Under the pieces are notes generated by a model, which saw nothing but the letters and a program-made list of their open reading frames with translations, had not been told where the DNA came from and ran no database searches. Both the position numbers and the translations under genes were made by a program. Source: Vitrella brassicaformis CCMP3155 (Eukaryota; Protista; Chromerida). Taken from it: 64,000 nt of DNA. Below are positions 26,970-38,720 of the stretch, piece after piece (positions within the stretch are counted from its first letter, which is position 1; every line of letters begins with the position of its first letter). Location of the stretch: contig CDMY01000456.1 in the NCBI GenBank assembly GCA_001179505.1, positions 62,001 to 126,000 of the forward strand, written 5' to 3'.

Positions 26970-28168
26970 ATGAAGCGTAAGGCGGCGGTGGGTGCAAAAG
27001 CGAAGGGGGACGGCCCAGCGGTAGCCCCCCGCCCCAACCTCGGCCAGATCACCTTCACCACCGGTGGCCATAATGCATCTGCAGCGTCAGCGAGTAGTTC
27101 TGGTGGTGGGGAGGGCGGGGGTAGTGGGCTGCTGGCGGAGGCTAAGAGCGGGGTGATAAAGCGATGGGTAGAGGAGGAGTTTAGCAAGGCTGTGCTCCAG
27201 ATGCAGTGCACTTACAGGTACGCAGAAGGGAGGATGGATGACGCGATGGATGGATGGATGTAGGTGCTCATCTGCCGGTGCGTACGATGGGGCTGCGTTC
27301 CTCAAGTCCATCCCCCAACCTGACTTTGCCAAGAAAGCAGACGACGACAACACCGGATATGTAAGCAAGCAACTAGCTGCGGGCAAACATACATGTCTCC
27401 ATCGCTGATGGATGCATTCACGCATTGTGGGATGGATACGTTGCGTCGCGTCAGCTGTTGCTGTTGCGGCAGGGCGATGATACGGTCGGCGTGGCGAGCC
27501 GCTACGGCTTCGAGACACACCCCACATGACACCTGCCACCCGGCACGCCCGGACGGGACAACTCCTTCGGCTGCCAGGTGGGTGGGTGGGTGAGTGGGGG
27601 AGACCCCTGTGCAGACAGGCAGGGAAGGTGCGCATTTCTGGCTTCCATTGTGTGTGTGTGCATTCAGAAATATTTCCGAGAGCACGGCGCGCCGCCGTTC
27701 CTGTTCAAGCTGGACAAAGAGGGGGGCGCCGGGAGCGTCAAGAAAGTGACCAAGAACCTGTTCCTCATCGACCTCGGCGGCCTGTTCGACAACAGCACAC
27801 TCTCATTCACCGTCTGGCTGGCCGACGAGGAGGAAGAGGGCCCACCCCCCCACCTCCAGGAAGAGGATCCTCTCCTGGAGGAGACCCCATCCCTCACCCA
27901 TGAGATCGGCATCTACCTGCCGGCGCCCTTCGACGCACAGCAGGGCATCTACACCCACGTAGACTCGGAGGTGGTGGGTCTGCGGGGCGAGAGGCCGCTG
28001 CTGAGTGGGGCGGTGGCGCCGCTGCGGCCGGGGCGTGTGACGGGGCATGGGTTGAAGGTGGCGGGGGGGTGTGATGCCATAGAGGTGTGGGAGGTGGTGT
28101 TTGAGGGGGACAAGAAGGGCAAGGCTAAGGGCAAGGCTAAGGGCAAGAAGCGGGCCAAAAAGGGCTAG
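26970..28168 (+). CDS. Lineage-family TLDc-like protein with basic C-terminal tail; contains an in-frame TGA at 27527-27529 (possible pseudogene or recoding)
   Basis: MKRKAAVG ... TYRCSSAGAYDGAAFLKSI ... GYLLLLRQGDDTVG ... KYFREHGAPPFLFKL ... CDAIEVWEVV ... KGKAKGKAKGKKRAKKG*. Phase-consistent exons force the TGA into frame. Confidence 0.55.
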
Positions 28169-28635
28169 GTGGATAGGTTGGTTGGTGGGGTGGATGGATG
28201 GACATGGGAGTGAGTGACCTAGAGGGGTGTTTGGTGTAGCAGGGGAGGGAGAGGAATTAGAGGATGGATGGAGGGGGGAGGGGGGTAGTGGCAGTTGCTT
28301 GACATGGCCTGTCATGAGGTGGACGGAACAAAAGGACACAGTATGGATGGATGATAACGTACAAATGTACAGCACACCTTGCCGTTCGTTTGTTGCGGTC
28401 TCTCTCATTGTGTGTGTGTATTGTGTGTTTGCATGCCCCCTCCCCCCCCAACCCTCTCTTGTCTGTCAGCAAGCTGCAAAATCGCCCCAAACATCAGCTC
28501 AGTCAAGCACCAGTGTGATCAGATCGATCACGAAAAGATATAGATAACCTATGGCCGCTAACGCGCACACAGGCTCAGAAGCACACAGCCACAGTGAGTG
28601 ACAGCCTTAAATCTAGCCCTAGCCCTCCCCTCTGG

Positions 28636-31600
28636 CTAGAGTTCCCTGTGGTGGTGGACGCCTGTATGTTTCTTCTCACGTCTCCGGCGCAGGCCTGCGT
28701 ATCTGCCGAGCATCAGCACAGTCGCCTGCACGTTCAGCCGGGTCACCTGCACGTGCGGGTGGGAGAACAGGGGAGGCAAGGTGTGAGCTACCCCTCTTGC
28801 GTGGCATCCACTGGTCTGTTGGGCGACACCACCGGGCCGCCTAGCCTACCTGCGGGAGGACCGACGCGTCGCATATGGAGAGGGCATCGATGCCGTAGAC
28901 GCGGAAGTCGGAGTCCACCACAGTGCCCATCGCCGCCGAGCCCACCCCTGAAACGCCATCAACATGAATGAAACGGTCTCTCCCTCTTGGCCTCTGTGTC
29001 TGTCTGTCTGTCTGTCGCACAATGCCAGATGCCTGTTCCAGCGGACTTGACGAACTTGCCCAATTCCTCCGCATCCCACAAATCTGGTGGGTTGGCACAC
29101 ACAACCACCCAGCACACACACACACACACACATGATTACCGTCGCCGGCCTGCGTGGAGTCTGTGTGGCTGCGTCGGTGGCTCGCTGACCTGCTGGCAGT
29201 GGGGGCACCACTGCAAAGCGTCTTGCTGCTTCAAGCTGGGCCGCCATACAATCATGCCCATGATTATCCTTCGCGCACACGTCATCTCGCCACGACCCCA
29301 CGTCGTCCTCCTGAAGACAGGCAGACAGACACACAGACACAGACACAGAGGCCAAGAGGGAGAGACCAATTCATGTTGATGGCGTTTCCGGGGTGGCGTA
29401 CCTGTAGTGAGCGTGCCGGTGCGGTGGATCCCTTGGCCATCTCGACTTGCTCTGTCAGCCACTTGGCGACATCGGACTCTGCCCCCAGCCACCGAGAGGC
29501 CGCTTCCCCCCCCTCTCTCTGTTTCGCCTCCATCTCCATCTCCAGCCGTCTTTGGTGCACGAAATTCTCATACTCCTGTCTGTCTGGGCCAGCGGCTTCT
29601 TCGTGTGAGGCCTTCAGGTGGCGGATGCCGGCAAGGGGCCGTGTTGCGATGAGGATCATGTCCAACAGGTGGTTGAAGATCGTCCCAGGGCAGTTGAAAA
29701 TGCCTTTCTCCTGCAAGACGCCGTCAAACTCGCCGCTGCCCACCATCTGCAGCCAGCAGACACGCCGTCATGAACGCATCGTTGCTGTGCCGTGCTCTGC
29801 TCGTCCATTCCACCCACCCCACCCGTATGGATGTAGTGAGTCCCATGACGGCACTGTGGATGTCAAGCCCTTCATGGTCGCCGAAGTAGTTGCCGAAGAC
29901 GATCGGCGCGCCCCACTCGTTCACCGTGACGTGGCCCCTCGACTTGGGCACCGGCGGGAAAGACATAAACCCTACCACCTTCCTGCACTCATGGCGTTGG
30001 CAATGCATGCAGACAGCCTGCCTGCCTGCCTGTGGTGTGCGTGCGCCCGTCTGTTTGTGTGGACTAACTTACTTCAAGCAATCGAAGACCGGCCTGAGAG
30101 GGAGACACAGGAGGCTGTCCTGGTTGGCATTGCACGCCGACACAACCGACACGAGCAGGTCCGTCTCGCTGCAGCAACACAGACAGACAGACAGACAGAC
30201 AGACAACACCAACCCACAGCATCACATCACATATATCACATCCGAGCACTTGTGGGCGCGACACTCATGCCATGCGTACGTACGGTGTGGTGCGGAGTAC
30301 AGTGGGAAGGAATGCTCGTGTGGCCAGGAACAGGTCAAGCGCAGAGAACCCTGATCCCTCCTCGGAGTTGACGTACATGCAGTCCATGCTCACGTCCCCA
30401 ATGCTGCAGGCACACACACGGGCACACACATCACACACGTCCATTCCATCGTTTCCAGCACTCCACTCCACTCCACTCCATCAGTAGGTTGATTGTCTCA
30501 CCGACCCAAAGTCGGTTGGACAGTCTGCGCCCATCTTCTCGAAGCCTGTGTAGGTGCCCAGTGTAACGTTCTGATACTCTTTGTCTTCAGGAATTGTGTC
30601 ATGCTCCAGGAAGACCATCAGCGGCGTGAAGAAGCGGTCGTGCAGATTGCTCCCCAGCTGCGGTATGTCCATCACCACCTCGCCACCCTTGTTGGCCATC
30701 ACCTTGCTGACCACCTCGAAAGGGCCGACCCCACTGTTCATCAAGAGGACGGGCGTCATGATCGCTCCTGTCGACAAGAAGATCTCGCCACCGGGGTTAA
30801 TGCATGCACGCTTGACGTCATGGTGGTCTTGCGGCCATCCTTCGCTTGAGGACCCCGCACGATTCCCATAAGAGTCGATGGACTCCGGAGGTCCTGGCGA
30901 GTCGACGTACTCAATACATGTGGCACGGGGCTGCTTGCCACTGGTGTCAAAGTCGATGCGCAGGACGGTCTTCCGCAGCATGACCTCCAGGGAGGCGGGG
31001 GTGCCGGGCGGGTCAGCGAGGGGGCCCTTGAGCAGCACGTCGGCACCGAAGCGCTTGCGATAGGGGGACAGGACGCCTCCGTCGTCCTCGAAGCGGGAGT
31101 AGGTGCGGAATGAGCCGAGAGTGATGTAGGGGGACGGATCGGTGACGGGGTTGAAGCCCACGGCCTCCTGCGCCTTTCTGGCGGCGGAGCTGTATGGCTC
31201 ACTCTTGCCCATTGGCTGAGACGTTTGATCAAATATCCACGCGTACGACTGACATAGCAAAGACAGAGAGAGAGAGAGAGAGAATCCCCGACAGGCCATC
31301 ACGGCTGTCTCACGCCTCGTGGCGTGTGTGCTTCCTTCCCACCTCGTCCACAAGACACTGATCGAATTGTGCGCCAAATTCATGTTCCAGGTAGTCAAAG
31401 TACTCGGCCACCTCGGCTATCTGCAGACCGGCTGTGAGAGCCGTGCCGCCCGAGAGGACATTGCCGACGTGTGTGATGGTCCTGTCGATGGTGCGGATCT
31501 GCTGAGCGAGGTCCGGGTTGTTCAGGCCCGGCCCCCACCCCCACGGTGTGACCGCCTCGGGGTGCTCCTCGAGATTGCCGCCCCTCTCGATGAGCAGCAC

Positions 31601-32035
31601 GCGGTAGCCATCCTCAGCCAGAGTGAAGGCCAGGGGGCAACCCGCTGCACCGCCCCCCACCTGAAGACCAACTCACGGACGCAAGAAGAGCATCATTTCA
31701 TCATTTCTCTGTCTTTGTCTGTGGGGGCCGTGTCTTTGAATGCGGTTCTTTTCGTTCGTACCACAATGTAGTCGAAGTATGCGGCGTCCTTTCCACCGAT
31801 CTTCCCTGCAGGGGGCTCGTGAAGGAAGGAGCCCTGCACACAAATGGGGAACGGGGCAGCGAGGGAGATACTAGTCATGCTTGTGGTGTGCCACCATCCA
31901 TCGTGCCATCGGTTCCCTGACCTCGTGTTTGTCCGCGCAGCAGATGTGCCCACATAACATGAGAGAAACCATGACAAAAAGCCTCCAGGCAGCCCATGTG
32001 GGCAAGACAGCAGCGTGCTGCCGAGCCGACGACAT
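28636..32035 (-). CDS. Secreted GMC (glucose-methanol-choline) oxidoreductase, HOTHEAD/mandelonitrile-lyase-like C-terminus
   Basis: Signal-like N-terminus; FAD motif FDYIVVGGGAAGCPLA; GNVLSGGTALTAG; IFLSTGAIMTPVLLMNSGVGP; LGSNLHD; IWHWVGSAAMGTVVDSDFRVYGIDALSICDASVLP; NVQATVLMLGRY. Confidence 0.92.
28942..29396. repeat. About 58-bp imperfect inverted repeat in two introns of the GMC gene (arms 28942-29002 and 29339-29396)
   Basis: Arm 1 CCACCCCTG-AAACGCCATCAACATGAAT-gaaac-GGTCTCTCCCTCTTGGCCTCTGTGTCTGT versus reverse complement of arm 2 CCACCCCGG-AAACGCCATCAACATGAAT-t-GGTCTCTCCCTCTTGGCCTCTGTGTCTGT. Confidence 0.9.
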
Positions 32036-33218
32036 GACGGACGGACGACCGCTTTTTGACGAATGAGGCATCGGGGCTGTGAGTGAGGATGTCGTGTTGA
32101 TGAACGAGCGGAGAAGGATTTGGGGCCAAACACTCAAACGGCCGACCGTTTGCGATGATGACGTTGTGAGCGATGATCTCTGGAGTATCTCTTTACTCAA
32201 GAGCGCTGGCTGGTGTGTTCCCGTGTCTGTCTCTGTCTGTCTGTCTGCCATGCGTCCTTCATTCTCACGTCGGGTCTCCTTCCATCCGTCCATATGTCCA
32301 CAGCGCACACACAAAACAGCTTAAACGCACACCACCCACCGATACAAACACACACACACACACACACACAGGGGTACGTCCTTGGCCCGCATCATATCGA
32401 CACACCACAGCACAGCACGATATAGCATGGCATGGCACAGCATCGCCAGAATCGTCCTAAATACTACACCATACCCCACGGCACATACATATGTCCTTGC
32501 AGAGGGATGATATGAGCAACTTGCTACGGAAAAAGGGAATGCATCGCCTCCCGACCTCCCTAGTCATTGGACGGACGCCCAGCTTCCTGTCGCTTCGTGT
32601 GGGTTGTGCCTCGCCGTGAAATGCAGTCGATGGCGAGAAGGGTCTCCCCCTGCCACCATCGCATTCCAACCCGACCACAAACCGACACAAGGCGACGAGG
32701 AAGCCGCAAGCGCACACGTCACCAAGCAACCAGCCAGGCAGCCAGGCAGCCAGCCAGCCAGCCCACATATCTATCTCACGAGAAGACAGTGCGCTTCATG
32801 TCTGTGGTAGGTACCATCCATGTCCTCTCGGGCGCGGCGCACAACACCGACAAGGCAAGGCAAGAGCCACAACGGGTGCATGCATGATTCCCCGAAAAGC
32901 TCTCACCTTGCCTTGATTGTCTTGCACGCGCGTACAGAGGGGAGGGAGAAGCAGGCCACAACGAACGAACGAAGGAAGCACACACACCGACCGGTCCGAA
33001 AATGGTATAGATGCACACACACCCACTCAAAACTGGCACACACTCCACCTCAAGCCAGGCCAAGCCACGCCATTCCTCACGCCATTCCTCACGCCAGGCT
33101 AGGCCACGCCATTTTCTGCCTGCCTGCCAGCCTGCCTCTCTCTCTCTCTCTCTATCTCTCTCTACTCATCTATCTGGGTAGCAACTCAGTCAGTCGGTGT
33201 AGTCGTTCGTTGAGTCAG

Positions 33219-35574
33219 TTAGTTGTATATGATCTGTTCGGCCGCCTGTTTGTGGAGTGCGTAGTCCTCGTCAATGAAGAGCTTGTGCGACACCTCCCGC
33301 GGCTGCAGCCACAGGTCGATGGGCGACGGCTTCTCTACCAACTCCTGAACACACACACGCGCACACACATACAGACAGAGACAGACAGATGTGAAGTGGC
33401 GTGTTGTCTTGTGGTGTCTGTCGTGTGTTTGGCGCCGCGCCCTTCCGTACGTTAACGGCAGCGTGTGGGGCGCAGAGTTCCTTGTAGCTGCCCGTCTTGG
33501 CCAGGCGCGACTTGAACACCTCCAGTATGGTCGACAGGTGACACTTGCTGCACACCACACACGCATGTACTGCTGGCTGATCTGGTCCCATCCCATTTGT
33601 GTGTGTGGCCTGGGTGGAGGACTGCTTAGGCGTACGTCATGTCTTTGCATGCGTTTGGGGTGGCCTCCACGTCGTGGCCGGTCTGCATCAGCAGGGGGTT
33701 GTCCTTGCCTGTGGTCACAGCACAGCCACACGCGGACACACAGCCAAACAAACAAAAGACAAACAAACGATCCACACCACACCACACCACACCCCACGTC
33801 TGTCTCCCCCGCCCCGCCCACCAGTGCTCCTCTCCTTCTCGCCTCGCTCCTGCGTCGGCCACCAAATGAACGTCTTAATATGAGGCTGCACACACACACA
33901 CACACAGGCGTGAAGGCACCGCACCCATTGACGCGCTCAACACGTGTATGTGTATGTGTGTGTGCTGACCTCGGTATCTCCCTCGTCTTTGTGGAGTTCC
34001 CAGACGATAGTTGATGCGGTGGGCAGGTAGCCCTTGCGAACGCCGGTGAGGGCGATGGGGTAGTCGAAGAACTTGAGCACCGCATACAGCAGCTCGCGGT
34101 GCGCCAGGAAATACATAAACTTCACACATCAATCACACACGAGAGAGTGTTTTGCTTGTGGGTGGGTGCAGTGCACTGTGTTGTGTTGTGTGTATAATAT
34201 GGCCGACGGCAGACAGACCTTTTTGCTATCGTCCTCAGTCTGTAGCGCGGCCAGGAGTTTTCCGGGGAACTGGCCGGAGATATAGGAGATCTGAGCGGGC
34301 GTCTCGAAGAACCACCCCATCAGGTAGTCAAACGCCTAAAGACAGACACAGACAGACATGCAGACACAGAGGCAGCCCACACACACACACGGTCCCCTCT
34401 AGACATGCACTACGTCGTCTTTCTTGTTTGCTTACGATGGTGTGGTATTTCTCGAGGACGCTTTGTTCGAGCCGTCCGTCGAGGTCGGCGGGGTACCCCT
34501 CGTCCTCAGCAAACAGAAACGCATCATCCAACGTCTAAACACACACACACACACAGAGAGGGAGAGAGAGATGTGTGGTCGGACACACACATTTTTAATG
34601 GCCTCCGACCTCCTTACCCAGGCCACCCCACTCCACTGACCTTGACTAGATCAGGCAGGAGCTTGGTGCCCTCCCCCGCCCTGCTGTTGGCCACCAGGTC
34701 GTAGCCACAGGCCTGGCCCACCTCGTTGAGCACGCTCTCAAAGGCCGGCTCAGCTTGCAGGTGGTTCTCGATGGACGCCGCCGTGTGCGCGATGTCGGCG
34801 CCGAATCGTGTGCCGCACATGCCGTCGCCCACCGAGTTGAAGAGGTTGTCGTGGCCGGGGGTGGTCGTCTGGATGGGGATGATCTGAGGGCTGATCGATA
34901 CATCGACATGTATGCAGAAGAGAGACAAGACACACAGACAAGACGACAGCCATGCATGGCACACCGATGTGTGTGCATGTCATGTTTCTCTCTCCCTGAC
35001 TGACTGACTGACCGGTCAGGTAGGTATCCGGGGGGTCCGGTGCCGTCAGGGAAGAGTCCCTGTCCGAATGCGGTGGCTGACATAAGGTTGCGGTCGGCCG
35101 ACTCGGACTGCAAGAAGAACGTCCCATCGTCCACGTAGTGGTCGGGCAGGAACGTCGTGTTCACCATGTAACGCTCCCGAGTCCACCTGGTGGCATAGTA
35201 TGTCATCCATAATCATCCACACACACACATGCACGACACGAACCGCACACACATCACATCCACACTAGCTGTTGGTAGATCTGTCTGTGCACGTGTGTGT
35301 CTGCTGTCTGTGTTTCTGTGGGCTTCATTACGTACTTGCCGACTTGGTACATTTCGCAGAGGCCGACGGGTGTGAGTTCGCCCGCGGCGCCCTTGAACCG
35401 GTTCCTCGTGGAGGCATAGTTGGGGCAGATGTCCAGGATGGGCTCGTTGGCCACTCGGTTGCCGTGCCGCGACAGCACCACCACACGCTTCAGCTCACCA
35501 TGAGTCGGGTGGGACGCCAGCAGACACAACAGGCAGGCGACCAGGATGCAGCCCGTCATGGACAACGCCACCAT
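33219..35574 (-). CDS. Secreted histidine acid phosphatase (clade 2)
   Basis: Signal peptide; LKRVVVLSRHGNRVA; GELTPVG; SADRNLMSATAFGQGLFP; PIQT; FMYFLAHRELL (HD position variant). Confidence 0.85.
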
Positions 35575-35691
35575 ATTATTCGGGAATGCACGGAGAAAGA
35601 GCTCTTTGATTCTTCTCGCCAGCAATGGCGAGCTTGTAAGTGTTGGGAACGATGGCATTCGAATGAAAGGAAGCGGGGCTGTTCCCTCGTG

Positions 35692-38131
35692 ATGTCTGGT
35701 GGAGTACTGAGCACACTGATGGCACTGCTATGCTGGATCTCGCAGATCTCGGGGTCAGTGTCATTGACGAGGCTCAGGCGGCCTCGCTGGGAGGCCAAAG
35801 GGCCAGTGGACGCCTTCAGCACACACACTTCTGCATTCGCGTAAGCCCAGCCCACTTCAAACACGCACAAAGAAAAGAATGGCTGTCTACTGTGTGCTCG
35901 TGTCTGTCTGTCATGGGCTCCTTCCTTGGGCACTGCAGGCCGTCGTCAGTGATTCCCAGACGCCAGCCGAGGCCACGGGCCGTGTCCACGGGCCAACAAG
36001 AGGGCGGCAGTGACGTGCAAACAATGCTCAGCTGGCTGAGGGAATGGGGGGCGGAGTGGCACCACGACGTGAGTGAGAGAAGGAGAGAGCGAGGCGAGAG
36101 GGAAGGAGGAATCGGTCGGTCCCACACATTGTGTGGCTGCTCCCTCCCATCTGTCAGGTGTGCGTCATGGACTTTGACGGCCTGAGGGGAGTGGGGGCGA
36201 GGCGACCGATAGAGGGCAGACAAACGCTCATCAAGGTGACAGACTGGATGGATGGCTGCGTGTGCACCCCCACATGCAGCACGTGTGGCGCGGTGGTCTG
36301 GTCTCCCTCTCTCCCTTTTATTTATGTGCAGATCCCGCTATCTTGCTGCATCCGCGTGACGGAGGGCAGGCCGTCACCAATCCCCAAACGAATAATCCAC
36401 CCAAACGTGACTGACCCAAACAAACCACACACCACACCTACCCACACAGCGCAGCGCAGCACAGCACAGCACAGGAGTCATCTATCCCCCTATGTTCTTG
36501 TCGATGACTCCTGTGGTGGCAGGTGTGGTCGTCACTGCCGTCGATCTTTTTGCAGCTGGCTCTGGTGCTCCTCTACGAGCGGCGGAAGGGCAGCAGGGCA
36601 CCCCATGTGCCATACACACACCTCCTGCCACAATCCTACCATATGAGGGCCGAGAGGTGGCCGCCGGCAGTCACGGACGCACTAAACTACCCACACCTCG
36701 TCGCGGCCTCACACCAGACCAAGTGTGTGGTAGGAGGGGTATGTATGGGTGTGACGTGATGTGTGGGCCAATCATTTCACCTGTGTGTGTGTGTGTTTGT
36801 GTGTGTCTGTGTGTGGTCAGTGAGCTGATCGACTGGTTCCTCGGTGCGCATGGTGTGATGGGTGAGCTGTTCTCCAGCCGGGAGGAGCTCGAGTGGGCGG
36901 TCGACTCGGCCGTCACCAGAGCCGTGCAGATCACGGTACGCAGAGGATACACAACATAACCGCACCAAAGGTGTGCACTGACTGTTTCTTCTTTTTTTTG
37001 TTGCATGTGGTTCGTCCCACGCATGCGCTGCACAGTGCGACGACGGTGATTCGTTGTGCCTGCTACCACTGATGGATATCCTCAACCACAGCACCACACA
37101 CGGACGTACGACAGCGGCCCCGCCGGCACCCACACAGACAGACACCCACACACTCTCTCTTGGCTGCTTTGCTTTGCTTTATGCACACTGTTTATTAGAT
37201 GGTGTGGCGATAGAGTACAGCCGACGGGAGGAGGCCTATGTGGCGACGTCGCTGCCTGGCTCGCGCTGGGAGGCCGGCGAGCAGATCTGGTGGAACTATG
37301 GACAGAAGGGAAACGACGAACTGCTCTCACAGGTATGCAATGCAGCCATCCATCCAGATCCATCTATCCATGCATGCATGCCACCCGCTCTCTCCCTGGT
37401 TGTCTCTCTGACTCCCTTGTGTGTCAGTTTGGCTTTGTGGAGGCCGACAATCGCCTCGACACCCACGTCATCGACCTCTCCACTGTGACGCGCTTCGCCC
37501 CCACCACCCCCAGTGTCAGCGGCCAGCAGCCGGCCAGCGACAGTGAGTGGCGCACACTGAGGTGGCGAGGCGGTGATTCAAATGCCGCCACCATCCCCGA
37601 TGCGCTGGTGCAGACCATCAGGCGGCACAGGTACGATGTGCTGATGTGTTGGTAGACCGAGGCTTGACGGACATTTGTGTGGGCTGTGCATGTCTTGTCT
37701 TGTGTTGTGTCGCAACCGCCACGCACAGGTCGTTTGGCGGTGGCGGTGGCGATGCGGGAGTGTGGGGCGCGATAAGCGAGATACTGCGTGAAGAGCTGGC
37801 AGGGGTCAGCCGCCGGCTTGATGCGCTCAGCTCGATAAGGCAGCGTTACGGCGACCAGAGGACGGCAGATGCAGTGTGGGTGGCGTCACAATACCTCATC
37901 GAGAAGACTAAGCTGCTGCAAGCAGGTCGGTCGGTGTGTGGGGTCATGCAGACCTCATTGATGGTGCGTGTGGGCATGTGAATGGGTGCAGGGCTGCGTC
38001 ACGCAGAAGAGATGGTGAGAGGGCGGCCGCTTCTACCTCTCCCAGACAGGCCACTCCGCGCTAGTGTGGCGGCTGTTGATTCGCCGGACCATTTCGACAA
38101 GACAAGGAGCATCATCCGTGTGTTTGGATGA
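35692..38131 (+). CDS. SET-domain protein-lysine methyltransferase, Rubisco LSMT/SETD3-like; probable bipartite plastid targeting
   Basis: MLSWLREWGA, GLRGVGARRPI, LALVLLYERRKG, LLPLMDILNHS, AGEQIWWNYGQKGNDELLSQFGFV. The N-terminus is a hydrophobic signal followed by an Arg/Ser-rich stretch. Confidence 0.85.
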
Positions 38132-38720
38132 GAAGAGGTGGCACCAATAAGTAGGACATGTGTGTGTGGGGGGTTATGTATGGTGTGGTGGGGTATGATG
38201 GGTTTGGTCTTGTGCCTGCCTTGTTGATAGCGGAGAGAGAGCTGCCGGCAGCATAGCATGTGCGATGAGTGGAAGGACGGGCAAGACGCTGCAAGCAACA
38301 GTCTGACGGTCACCTAAGCTCTAAAACCTGCGTTCATTGCCTGCCTGCATTTGACGCCCCTCTCTCTCCCCGTCTCTCTCTCTGATCCATCCCACGCATC
38401 CCGTGATGTAAATGTCCTCACATATGTTTGTATGCGACAAACCTCTAGATAGACACTCCCACTAACGCTTCTCGTGTCGCTCCTGAACTCACATGTGCTC
38501 GCACGCCCGATCGCACGGTGTCCAGTCGCCCCGGTCGGTCAGGGCAACTTGAGACCATGCTCACAGGCTACACACGTGAGCTCCATCGCGACACTCACTG
38601 AAGGCGCTCCACAAACCAAAAGCGGCTGGCCGTCCCTCCCCCCCTGTGTTTCTCGGCGGATACATTCAGACAGGCGACTGTCTGGCGGCCTCTGTATATA
38701 ATGCCCCCCTGTCTGTCTGT

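Noticed and set aside
29154-30371. 405-aa plus-strand ORF
   Set aside because: Antisense to GMC exons and runs through microsatellite introns (TDRQTDRQ translation).
17533-38131. Possible functional cluster of secreted enzymes (glycosyltransferase, Cys-rich peptide, GMC oxidase, phosphatase)
   Set aside because: Interspersed with unrelated housekeeping genes; nothing in the sequence shows co-regulation or a shared pathway.
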